From contig NC_086108.1 of assembly GCF_963921235.1 (NCBI RefSeq), positions 67,954,001 through 68,018,000 on the forward strand: a DNA stretch of 64,000 nucleotides. The letters are read 5' to 3'. Made by a program: the position numbers and the translations under genes. This document shows, in pieces, positions 36,821 through 48,430 of this stretch (position 1 is the stretch's first letter; every line of letters starts with the position of its first letter). Source of the DNA: Mobula hypostoma (taxonomy: Eukaryota). The notes beneath the pieces are model-generated. The model saw only the letters and a program-made list of their open reading frames with translations. It did no database searches and was not told where the DNA came from.

Positions 36821-39433
36821 TAGCGCCAAAATACCCCTACCCCAATAAAATGGCAAAAAAAGTTCTTTGGTCATCTCTTGTACTTTCAGACATACTGAAC
36901 AACATATCAAAAGTTGGACAGAAATGGAGCATTGGAAAGTAAAAGAAAATGGCGTTAAAAACATGGCCACCAATGAAAAGAATGGGACCCATACCTGTCT
37001 TATTTTGCTATATTTCACTGTTTCTAACAATGATAGTGCCATAATTGTGGTATAAAATGTGAATGTGCTCGTCTCTATCTCCAGAAGACGCATGCGTTGC
37101 AGGATGACAACCCTGAGGTTCATCGGAAGTTCCAGTCTGGGTTCCATGTAATCAGATGCAGCAGCCAATACTGGGCTGGTCTTGGGCTCTGATCTTGTGA
37201 TAGAACAGACACTAATGCACTCACTAAAAAGCCAAGAGAGCCTAACGCGAGGAAGTGGGATGTCAGAGCAAGCACCAGAGAGCAGTTTGTACTATGTCTT
37301 CCACTGTGTTATCGTCTTACAATCTTGCCATGCAAGAACTGACCACGAATAGTTACACAACAGGTGAACAACATAAGGAGTTGCCCACCTCCAGAGTGAG
37401 TAGAGATGAGGCTGACTTTGAAAAAGTCGCAGCAAAACTGGACTGTTTCACACCAGTTTTTGGATGATAAATCATTGCACAACATCATCACAGTGGTTTA
37501 TGCAAATGAGGATGTCAATGTACATGACCTGTTCACAATAGGAAATGACATAGTTAGGAAGATGGACAGACACTCTGTTTTCTCATAGTCGCACAAAAGG
37601 AGTTCAAAGGTCAAGACACTAGCATCCAGAAGGGCAGTCAAAGTTGCTGAAGACCGTACCACAGATCCAGCATTGATATTCCAGGGGTTCCTAGCTGTGT
37701 CACAGACAGGTGATCTCCGGCTAGTCGAAGTGATGAACTATGAACCCTGTCCATATCCGATGTCTTTGTTTGAAGCAAAGAACATCTTGCGCCAGCCGCA
37801 TAAGCCGCAACTGGCAGAAGCGATAAAGAACTACATCTCCTCCAAATCGAACAATGCTGTCACACAGATGGTCCCAGTGACAGATCACTATGTTCTAGAT
37901 GGGGGATCACTTCTGCACCGCTTAAAATGGATGGAGGGGTGCATCTACAGTTCAATTGCAGATGACTACACCTCATTCACTGTCAAACACTATGCCAGAG
38001 CCACTGTAGTGTTTGATGGTTATGGGGTGGGCCAAGCATAAAGGACTGTACTCATCAGCGTCAAAATAGAAATTTGAATGCAAACAAGGTGAACATTACA
38101 GGGGTGACAAAATTTGTTGGAAAAAATGAGGACTTCTTGTCGAATGAGGCAAACAAGCATGTAATTATCCAGCTCATCATGGAACGTTTGTGACAGAGAG
38201 GCTGCGAAGTGATTCAAGCTGAAGGAGATGCCGATGTTGAGATCGCAAAAGCAGCCATCACAATGTCTGCTTTCAAATCTACCACCCTCGTTGCAGAAGA
38301 CACAGATATCCTCGTACTCTTGCTCTACCATGTAGTGGTAAAAAACTGCACTAAACTCTATTTCCGCTCGGACAACGCGAAATCAAATGCCTATAATATC
38401 AAGGTCCTTAAGCAGATACTCAGAGAAGCAGCTATAATGATCTATTGTTTCTCCATGCCTTTACCGGATGTGACTCAATGTCCAGAGTATTTGGGATCTG
38501 AAAGAAGTCGAGGTTCCAAAGAATCATCAAGAAAGAAAATGGAATCAGAAACTGTTCAAAAGCATTCTGTTCACCAAAGCAAAGTCAGGATGTTGTGGAA
38601 ACCAATGGCTATAGGGCAACGGTGGCATTGTTCAATGGAAATCAGAACGACTCCCTGGCATCTATCAGACACAATATGCTTTGCAAGAAAGTTGCGAGAG
38701 CTAAGACTTTTGTCACACCTGAAAGACTGGCACCAACTACCTCGGCCTATAAAGTTCACTCTCTGCGGACTTACTACCAGGTTATGGAATGGATGGGCTG
38801 TCGTGATCAAATGGAGCCGTCTGAGTGGAGATGGAGGGCAGAAGGGGAAAAATTCGTTCCAGTGATGACAGACAAAAGGCCTGCTCCAGGGTTACTTATT
38901 CAGATGATTCACTGCAAATGTTCGGGAGGGTGCAATATGCTAAAGTGTACCTGCAGAAAGCATAGGCTGGAATGCACCAATGCATGTGGGCATTGCCAAG
39001 ATGGCAACTGTGACAATATGACAAATGAGCCAGTGAAAGAAGAGGATGATGAACAAGACTACATCTGAGAAGCCATAAGGTGTCATGACGTCAGTACTTA
39101 ATACCAGAGTTGTCCCTTGATTACCTCATTGATGACGTCATGACATCAGTACAAATATTCCAGGAACTACTGTTATTGAAAAACATTGGTGAAAAGAGCA
39201 TTCAGTAAAACATCAGGTTTAAAAAACTTGTAATTTGATGGTTATCAGTCAGATTTTTGATGTTTTTATGCTGGCGGCCATCTTGTTTTTTGATATCATT
39301 TTTGGAGACTTTCCCATGTGTCAAAATTGTCCAACTTTTGATATGTTGTTCTCCACATCGAATAGTACAATAAATGATCATAAAACTTATTTTTGCAATT
39401 TTTTGGGGGTTAGGTGGTATATTTTCCCATCTA
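36821..39433 (+). mobile_element. Academ-superfamily (AcademX-type) DNA transposon, internally deleted
   Basis: TAG...CTA termini. Imperfect ~150-bp TIRs with an exact 24-bp inverted core GAACAACATATCAAAAGTTGGACA (36897-36920 / 39328-39351). Coding remnant as in the next feature. Confidence 0.82.
37080..39068 (+). pseudogene. Academ protein C-terminal portion: transposase tail, XPG/FEN-like nuclease, Cys-rich (Cys8/CXC) finger
   Basis: GFHVIR..YWAGLGSDLVIEQTLM..LTRGSG; VLDGGSLLH; VVFDGY; EGDADVEI; EDTDILVLLL; FLHAFTGCDS (frame-shifted, ~38448-38478); CKCSGGCNMLKCTCRKHRLECTNACGHCQDGNCDN. Several stops and frameshifts. Confidence 0.8.
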
Positions 39434-39757
39434 TTATATCAACCAATGATAATTCAATACAAATTTCAAACTACCAATATCATACAAACTAAAATGTGTG
39501 TTTGTTTTCCTGTAGTAAGTTAAAACCAATTTATATTACAGTATGTTCATTTGCCTTGTATAAATAATTAAATTTTAATCATTTTTTGAGGTTACATTTG
39601 CAACATTTGCTTCCTTGACAGAGATTTGTGATGTAATGTACTCAATGACTTTTCATGTGTCATTAAGTGCTAAAGATAATATAAAGATAGTGACTTCTGT
39701 TGAGATTACTTCATGAAACTAACTCCTGACATTGACAGCACAAAGATGACAAACAAT

Positions 39758-40850
39758 GCACCATTAGGCTGCTGAACAAGATAAGAACCCATGGTATTAC
39801 AGGAAAGATACAAGCATGGATGGAAGATTGGCTGATTGGCAGGAGGCAAAGAGTAGCAATAAAGGGGTCTTTTCTTATTGGTTGCCAGTGATTCATGGTG
39901 TTCCACAGAGGTCGGTGTTGGGACCACTTGTTTTCACATTATATGTCAATGATTTGGATGATGGAATTGATGGCTTTGTAGCCAAGTTTACAGATGATAC
40001 GAAGATAGGTAGTGCTGAGGAAGCAGGGAAGGAACTTAGATTGGGAGAATGAGCAGAGAAGTAGCAGATGGAATCTCATGTAGGGAAGTGTATGGACATG
40101 CACTTTGGCAGACAGAAAAAAGGCATGGACTATTTTCTAAATAGTGTAAAGGGACTTGGGAATCCTCATTCAGAATTCCCTAAAGGGTAACTTGCAGGTT
40201 GAATCTGTGGCAAGGAAGGCAAATGCAATGTTCACATTCATTTTGAGATGACTAGAATATAAGGGTGTAATGCTGATGTTTTATAAGGCACTGTCAGACC
40301 ATACTTGGAGTATCGTGAACAGTTTTGGGTCCCTTTTCTAAGAAGTAATGTGCTGACATTGGGGATGGTCCAGAGGAGATTCACGAGAATGAGTCTGGGA
40401 ATGAAAGGGTTAACATATGAGGAGGGTTTGATGGGTTTAGGTCTGTGCTCACTGGAGTTTAAGTGAATGAGGGAAGATCTTTTATCGAATATTGAAAGGC
40501 TTAGGTAGGGTGGATGTGGAAAGGACGCTTCCTATAATGCCTAGGACCAGATAGTACACTCTCAGAATAGAGGATGTCAATTTAGAATAGAGGAAAGGAG
40601 GGATTTATTTAGCCAGAAAGAAAGCAGTGAATCTCTGGAATTCATTGCCACACACAGCTTTGGAGGCCATGTCACTGGGTATATGTAAACTGGAATTTTA
40701 TAGCTTCTTTATTAGTAAGGGAGTCAAAGGTTATAGGGTGAAGGCAGGAGAATGGAGTTAAGAGGGATAATATATCATCCATGCTGGAATGGTGGAGCAG
40801 ACTTGATGGGTCGAATGGCCTAATTCTGCTCCTATGTCTTATTGCCTCAT
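39758..40850 (+). mobile_element. CR1 RT C-terminus plus 3' end
   Basis: GVPQRSVLGPLVFTLYVNDLDDGIDGFVAKFTDDTKIG (39816-40052), followed by the CR1 3' region. Confidence 0.92.
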
Positions 40851-41366
40851 GGGTATTATTTCTAAAACGCGATAAAAATGCTATAAGTTAAAAAAAATAG
40901 AGATGAAGGAATGCAGAGTGGCAAGATAAGCACAACACCTTCATGTGAAATCAAAAATGCTTGTTACTTTACTCTCTCTCAGTTAATATGGATTGTGCTA
41001 ATTAATATCTGTCATGCAGTTTCTGAGAGATAGTGGTTCATGTGATGGCACATTCATCGCTTTGTAATTTGCCAAAATCAAGGTGATATTTAGAAACTCA
41101 TCACTAATCTACCCAAGTCTCTGAAAACAAAAGCATGTGTTCTCTGCTGAAATGGAGTAAAATCAATGAACCACTACTTGAAATTTGATTGATAATACCA
41201 TTTCTCTTCATTGCTCACTCAATGATACTTTGCTTTGTGGATTCTCTCAGAAGTGGAACCAATGTCAAAAGACTATTTATCAGAAAATGAAAGGTAAAAT
41301 GAAATTTTGTCCAAATGTATCTGTGGGTAATTATATGTCCAATGCTACTGTAACAAAACACAGAGG

Positions 41367-41650
41367 GTGTTCAATAGTTCCATTTAATATCAGAGAATGT
41401 ATACAATGTACAACCTGAAATTCTTGTTCTTCACAGACATCTATGAAAACAGAAGGGTCCTCCAAAGAATGAGAGATGGTAAAACTATTAGAACCCCAAA
41501 GTCCCCCCTCCCACACACATGCAGCAGCAAAGCATCGACCTCCCCCTCCCCCATTTACTTCAGCAAAAAAGCATCAGCAACCTCCACCCGCCAAGCAAGC
41601 AATAGCAAAGCCCCCAAGAAAGACGATGACGCAGTAATCCAAATCAAAAA
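41367..41650 (-). mobile_element. Non-autonomous retroelement 3' part (family of 3705-4083)
   Basis: GTTCAATAGTTCCATTTAATATCAGAGAATGTATAC is the reverse complement of the tail at 4040-4066. Confidence 0.8.
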
Positions 41651-42779
41651 CTCTAGGTCTATTTACACATATACCCAGTGTTTAAGATGGCACAGTGGTT
41701 AGTTCTGAGTCGCATTTAGCAACTTTGCAATCAGAATCCAGTAGCTGTGTTCCACTAGCTCTTGGGCTCTGCTGGCATCAACACCACATTACAAATGTAC
41801 TAGTGTTTGCAATTGCGATCAAGTTTTGAATGATAAGAACGTACTATGTTAATTTTAATAGATTATCCACTGTAAACAGTATTTTATTATACGAATACAG
41901 CTGAAAAGAATAACACAGCAAGGGATTTTCATAAGTAGATTACTTTGAAAATGCATATACCACATTTGAATTCAAAGCAGCAGCTGATTGCTTATATCTG
42001 ACATGGCTCATACGTTCGTAAATGCATTTCCTCTTGCTCAGTAAACACTCACCACACTACCACTTAGATGAAAGCTGAAGGAGTAAATATCACGATTCCC
42101 ATTTTAAATCCATTTTTTCTTAAAATGTGACAATCTAATTATAAATAAAATTAATAAATAGAAGAACTTCCATATCAGAACCCATTTCATACAATGAACA
42201 GAGTTTTTAAAAACATATGCAGGAGCAATTAAATGTAAGTGTAAACTCATCTTAAAAATTCAAACAATAAAAGCAAATTATTTGGCAGTAAACAATTAAA
42301 TCTCTGGTATATAGCAGACCATTTCATAATGCAGACAGAATGCCTCCAACCTCAATTGGAATAGGCAGTAGTTACAGAGAGACCAGCAGTGTGGGAAAGG
42401 ACTGCTTATGCCAGAGGTAAGAGGGTTTCGGTAAAGTAGACTCACCTATAACATCTAGCTAAATGCACAGTATGATATAGGAAAACCACAGACAGATTTT
42501 TACCACATTATGCATTTGGGTCGGTTACTAGATCTTCAGTTCTTGGAAAATGAAGGCTTAGAAGTACAAACAAGGATGGGTGTGAAGGAAGGGATGGGGC
42601 CTTGATCAGGGGTTAGGAAAGGACAAAAACATCCTTGCCAGGTCTCAGGAAAGCAGTCTTTGCCCGTTGAATGCAGAAGCAGCTGAGCATCAGCACTCGG
42701 CTTCCACCTCATTAACCTCTGACCTTTCTCTGAGAGTCTAGCCCTTGTCTGAATTTCTGTTAACTTTAAATGTTTTGTC

Positions 42780-43575
42780 ATTTTCCAAAATTGGTTTGGC
42801 GAAAGGAGGCAGGGGGTTGTTATGGAGGTGTTTTTGTGACGGTAAGGCTCTGAAGTACCACATGAAATGGTACTGGGATGCTTCTTATTTGTGATATATA
42901 CTAATGCCTTGAATTGAAAATAGGAGCATGATTAGTAGGTTTATGGATGACATGAAAGATGGCGGTGTCACGGTCAGGAAGCAAAATTCATACAGAACAT
43001 GGATCAGGTGGGAAGTTTGACAGGGCATTGGCAAATGGAATTTAATCCTGTCATGTACTGGGTGATACATTTTGAGCACTCAGATAGGGGCAAGATATAA
43101 ATGGTAGTACACTAAGGAATATTGAAGAACAAAGAGATATAGGGCTTCAACTCTACTGAACTCTGAAAGTGGTGCTACAGATATAGAATAGTGACGAAAC
43201 CATATGGCATGGCTGCTTTCATAGTTCAGGACATAGAAGATAAAAGATAGAATTTTTGTTACAGCTTTACAAGACACTGGTTACATACAAACTTGGAGTA
43301 TGGTGTGCAGTTCTGATCACCATGCTATGGTTCAGCTGTGGTTCAGTGAAGCAAGTGCAGAGCAGAATCTTCACAAGGATCAGAGGACTTTAGTTATGAA
43401 GAAAGATCAGGAATACTGGGCTTGTTTACCTGGAGGAAAAGAGGCTGAGGAGTGACTTGACAGAGGATTATAAAGTTAGGAGGCATAGATGGTCATTCTT
43501 TTTACCAGTTGTAACTGTATCAAAAGCAAAAGAGTATAGATTTAAAGTGAGAGAAAAGTTTTAAGTGGTGGACTT
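42780..43575 (+). mobile_element. Heavily decayed CR1 fragment
   Basis: Recognisable GGCAAATGGAATTTAATCCTG, TTGGAGTATGGTGTGCAGTTCTG and GAGGCTGAGGAGTGACTTGA blocks. Confidence 0.7.
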
Positions 43576-43945
43576 GATACTACGTGGACGAGACATTTAA
43601 TTGGGTTAGATTGTTACATGTACTGAAACACAGTGAAAAACTTTGTTTTGCATGCTACTCAATTGAGGCAGGACAAAGGAATAAGCAATAACAGAATGCA
43701 GAAGATAATATGACAATTACAGAGAAAGTGCAGTGCAGGTAGACAAACAAGTTGCAAGGGAAATGGCAAAGTAGACTGACAAGGGCTCATCTTTATCATA
43801 CAACAGATCCCATCAAGAGTCTTATGACAATAGGATATTAGCTATTGAGCTAAGTTGGGAATGTTTTCAAACTTTTATATCTTCTACCTACATCAAAGTT
43901 GCTGGTGAACGCAGCAGGCCAGGCAGCATCTATAGGAAGAGGCGC

Positions 43946-43981
43946 AGTCGACGTTTCAGGCCGAGACCCTTCGTCAGGACT
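43946..43981 (-). ncRNA. Minimal type I hammerhead ribozyme (PLE type)
   Basis: AGUC-CUGACGA-A-GGGU-CUCG-GCCU-GAAA-C-GUC^-GACU. Both core boxes intact; stem I AGUC/GACU; stem II with tetraloop; minimal palindromic stem III (ACGU); GUC triplet at 43952-43950. Confidence 0.85.
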
Positions 43982-44400
43982 AACTGAAGGAAGAGTGAGT
44001 AAGGGATTTGAAAGCTGGAGGGGGAGGGGGAGATGCAAAATGATAGGAGAAGACAGGAGGGGGAGGGATGGAGCCGAGAGCTGGACAGGTGATAGGCAGA
44101 AGGGGATACGAGAGGATCATGGGACAGGAGGTCCGGGAAGAAAGACGGGGGGGGGTGGTGACCCAGAGGATGGGCAAGAGGTATATTCAGAGGGACAGAG
44201 GGAGAAAAAGGAGAGTGAGAGAAAGAATGTGTGCATAAAAAAGAGTAACAGATGGGGTACGAGGGGGAGGTGGGGCCTAGCGGAAGTTAGAGAAGTCAAT
44301 GTTCATGCCATCAGGTTGGAGGCTACCCATACGTAATATAAGGTGTTGTTCCTCCAACCTGAGTGTGGCTTCATCTTTACAGTAGAGGAGGCCGTGGATA

Positions 44401-44460
44401 GACATGTCAGAATGGGAATGGGATGTGGGACATGTCAGAATGGGAATGGGATGTGGGACA
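44401..44460. repeat. Perfect 28-bp tandem duplication at the PLE inversion junction
   Basis: GACATGTCAGAATGGGAATGGGATGTGG x2 plus GACA. Confidence 0.95.
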
Positions 44461-45799
44461 GTTGCTTGAATTTCCAGCATCTGCAGAATTCCTGTTGTTT
44501 GCGTTTAAATATCTTCTACCTAGCTTTTTTTTGGAGGGCAGAGAATGAGCAAGGTGGGAAGGATTTTTGATTATATTGATTCCGTTTCTCAGGAAGTGGT
44601 AAATGTATTCAAAGTCAATGGAGAGGAGGCTGGTATTCATGACGGTGTTGGACTCTGGTTAAACTGCTCTTAGCTGATCCATTCATTCAGACAAGCAGTT
44701 AAATAAGCAAGATAGAGGAGGATGTGATGTAGATGGACAAAATGCTTGCGTGGATTTGGTGCATAGAAGTGCTCATTTCTATGCTGTAGAACTCTACGAC
44801 TATTATTGTCATTGTTTTTTTAATGTTAGCTAGGCTCCACATACATTTATGGGGATTTGTATTGGAAGAAATGTAAATTAATGGTTGCAATATGCAAATT
44901 ACCCAACTATCCAATATTGGGTTGAGGATAGATTGGTTGGGGTTGAATTTGGAACTATAGTATATCCAAAATTTTCTATTCAACTATTTGAATATTCCAA
45001 ATGTATTCTTCCAAATAACTCTTGCACAGTTGAAAGATTTCATTCCCCTACATCAATGAAGATGCTTCAGTGCCCTTTCATAGAACCAGGCAGAAAAATT
45101 AATTAAAATAAGCAAGAACAGAGTTATGCTGTCTAGATAATATGCTCCTTGTGTACTAAAATGAACCTGTCTTATACTATAGATTTGAAGTGAATTACAA
45201 CAGAGATATATACAATACTTTATTCAATATAGGGTTAATATAGGCTGCAACCTGTATGAAATGTAAAAGGAAGGAGAAAATAAATAAGGAGGAATAAATA
45301 TGCCATCTCAGGGAAGGTGACATTTACTAAGCTTCTGGTATTATCAGCTATTTTATCAACCTTAATTAGAATAGATAACCCATGGCCCCCAAGGGATAAA
45401 CCATGCAGAGTATGGACTGAAATTTGTTTTTCTGGTCACCTTGACTAAACAGCCATCTGTCTATTCCAGCACATTTTTGTAACGATGTTTCTAATTTAAT
45501 AATTAACATCCAGATAGATGAAACAGCATTCTGCTGGTTTACCTCATCCAGCTTAAGCAAATAAAAGTTGCCCCAGGAGCAAATAACTTTGATGACAATA
45601 TGAAATGCCCATCAGGATGTGAACTATGAGAGCCTACAAACACAGTTTGCTATAAGAAACCAATCAGCCTCCTTTTCAAAACAACCATAAAACACAGTAC
45701 ATATATTCACCTCCTCCTAGTTTCAGTTCAACCACAACAAGAGACCAAGTTCCAAGCATCAGGAATATCCATGATATTAAAAGAATGGCTTATAAAACA

Positions 45800-45960
45800 A
45801 AATTAGAAAATACTGGAAATACTCAATATATCAGGTAATATCTATGGAGATGTAAAACGTTAATTCTGTTTCTCTCTCCCTCTCTAAAAACTTGCTGCCT
45901 GACCAGTTGAGTACTTCCATTATTTCCTGTTCAGATTTCAGATTTTCAACATCTGCAGCT
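45800..45960. mobile_element. Two old PLE terminal fragments in opposite orientation
   Basis: AAAATACTGGAAATACTCAATATATCAGGTAATATCT... versus ...TGCTGCCTGACCAGTTGAGTACTTCCATTATTT..TTTTCAACATCTGCAG. Confidence 0.6.
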
Positions 45961-46571
45961 GCTTTGGTATTCAACTAATGAAATGTCGCTTCTTTGCAAA
46001 ATAACCACAGTTTAGCATTATATGAATCCTGAATCTTTACCTTTCAACGTATTCCTATTTAAGATGCTCCTCCTATAGTTGATACATTTTAATTCTTCTT
46101 ACTGGTATTTAAGATATTAGTATCTCGGGCATTTTTTTCAGTGATAACTATCACCTGTCAACTTTGTCCTATATTTGTACGGCATTTCTCAATAGCTTCA
46201 GTTATCCTACCCTAAAACACTTTCAAGATTACAGCACAATAATTGACATAAATGATAACAGTGACATCTGTATTTTGATCCTTATTGCCAGATTACAATT
46301 TAAATTCATACAAACCCAGTAAAAGAAAGATAGTGTTAGAAAAATCCTTCACAAAAATACACCTTGCAGACAATTACACAGGGTTCAAATTGTTGAGGTA
46401 TTTTAGATGCAAATTTGACCTAGCACTAAAATATGAGGCAGTGGCCATTTATGTCAAAGGTACACCTAAACTGAAATACAGACGTGATTAATTTCCAGAG
46501 AGCTGCTTCAGATTTTCACTGTGACTTCATTAGGAGATTAGCAAAAACTCCAGAAAATAGCACCTTTTCCC

Positions 46572-48430
46572 TGGTAATGCTCCCCAACTCTTCCTGCATT
46601 AGTGTTGCTTCATGCACCCATGCTGAGTTCGTCAATTTCATCAATTTTGCCTCCAACTTTCACCCTGCCCTTAAGTTCACTTGGTCCATTTCTGACTCCT
46701 CTCTCCCCTTTCTCAATCTCTCTGTCTCCATCTCTGGAGACAAACTATCAACCAACATCTTTTATAAACCTAGTGATTCCCATAGCTATCTTGACTATAT
46801 CTCTTCCCATCCTGTTTCCTGTAAGACTGTTATATCCTTTTGTCATTTCCTTCACCTCCGCTACATCCATTCCCAGGATGAGGTTTTCCTCTCCAGGTCA
46901 GCAGAGATGTCCTTCTTCTTCAAAGAATGGGGTTTTCCTTCCTCCACCGTTGATGCTGCCCTCACCACTTCTGCTCCATTTCCTAGAGACATTGTACTCA
47001 CCCCATCCTCCCTCTACCTTAAAGGGGATAGGGTTTATTTTGTCCTTACCTACCAACCCATGAGCCTCCATATCCAACATATCATTCTCCACAATATCTG
47101 CCATCTTCAATGGAATCCTACCAAACATATCTCTACCTCAGCAACACACACAAAATGCTGAAGGAACTCAGCAGGCCTGGCAGCTATGGAAAAGAGTAAA
47201 CCGTTGATGTTTTGGGCTGAGACCTTTCAACAGGACTAGAAAGGAAGAGAAGAAGTCAGTAAGAAGGTGGGGGGAAGGGGAGGAAGAAGTACAAGGTAGC
47301 AGGTGATAAGTGAAACTAAAAGAAGTGCAATGGTTGAAGTAAAGAACCACCTTGATTTGTGAAAGAGATAAAGTGCAGGAGAAGGAGAAATCTAATAGGA
47401 GAGGACAGAAGACCATGGAAGAAAGGGAAGGGATATGAGCACCAGAGGGGGTGATGGGCAGGTATGGAGATAAGCTGAGAGAGGGCAACATGAGTGGAGA
47501 ATAGTGAAGGTGGGGGGAGGGGGAATTACCAGAAGTTAGACAAATCAATATTCATGCCATCAGGTTGGAGGCTACAGATGGGTAGCCTCCCCACCCCACT
47601 TTTAACAGAGATCACATCCATTCGTCCCTCCACAATTCCCTTGTCCATTCGTCCCTCCCTACTAATTTTCCTCCGAGCACATATCCCTGCAAGCGATGGA
47701 AATACTACACCTATCTTTTTAACACCCCCTTACCTCCATTCAGGGCCTCAATAAGTCCTTCCTGGTGACGCAACACTTCACCTGAAAATCTGATGGGGTC
47801 GCCTATTGTGTCCTGGGCTCCCATTGCGGCCTCCTCCACATTGGTGAGACCCATCATAAATTGGGAACCGTTTTGTCAAACACCTCCACTCCATCCACCA
47901 AAAACAGAATTTGCCGGTAGCCAACCATTTTAGTTCCTAACCCCATTCCCATTCCAACATGGCAGTCCACGGCCTCCTCTTTTGCCACAATGAGGCCACC
48001 CTCATAGTAGAGGACCAACTCCTCGTATTCCATCTAGGTAGCCTCCAACCTGATGGCATAACCATCGATTTCTCCTTCTGGTAATTTTTCTTTCCTCCTC
48101 CTTTCCACTTCATCTATTCCCTATTATGGCCTCCTACCTCTTCTCCTCACCAGCCTGTCACCTCCTTCTGGTACCACTCCATCCTCCCTTTCTCCCATGG
48201 CCCACTCTCTTCCCTTATCAGATTCCTTCTTTTCTAGCCCTTTACCTTCCCCACCAACTTGGCTTCACCTATCACCTTCTAGCTGGTCCTCCTTCCCATC
48301 CCTCTCACCTTCTTATTCTGACATCTTCTCTCTTCCTTTCCAGTCCTAAAAAAGGGTCTTGGCTCAAAACATTATACATCTCCATAGACACTGCCTGACC
48401 TGCTGAGTTTCTCCAGCAGTTTGTGGGTGT
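46572..48430 (+). mobile_element. Penelope-like element: RT C-terminus, GIY-YIG endonuclease, 3' repeat
   Basis: FINFASNFHPALKFTWSISDSSLPFLNLSV..LSTNIFYKPSDSHSYLDY.SSHP (PLE RT thumb). GVAYCVLGSHCGLLHIGET at ~47796-47852 (decayed GIY..YIG). Decayed hammerhead at ~48342-48372. Confidence 0.92.
47139..47590 (-). mobile_element. Second PLE 3' fragment nested antisense in the PLE above
   Basis: GCAACACACACAAAATGCTGAAGGAACTCAGCAGGCCTGGCAGC...GAGACCTTTCAACAGGAC...TTCATGCCATCAGGTTGGAGGCTAC. The host reading resumes after ~47590. Confidence 0.85.

Larger units (their letters stand above)
43891..44508 (-). mobile_element. Young PLE insertion with inverted terminal segment and 14-bp TSD
   Basis: TSD ATATCTTCTACCTA at 43877-43890 and 44509-44522. 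GIY-YIG C-terminus SHSHSDMSIHGLLYCKDEATLRLEEQHLILRMGSLQPDGMNIDF (minus). 44461-44506 is the extreme element end in the opposite orientation. Confidence 0.92.

Noticed and set aside
38595..39068. Tesmin/CXC-domain host gene
   Set aside because: Lies within TIR-bounded, frameshifted transposon coding sequence and has no exon structure.
44401..44460. CRISPR-like 28-bp repeat
   Set aside because: No spacers, only two copies, eukaryotic retroelement context, no cas genes.
47205..48375. Additional hammerheads at ~47205-47237 and ~48342-48372 (also ~160-184 and ~985-1010)
   Set aside because: Core boxes are mutated (CTGTTGA/CAAAA, CTAAAAA, CTGCTGA, ATGATGA/CAAAT), so they are not called functional.
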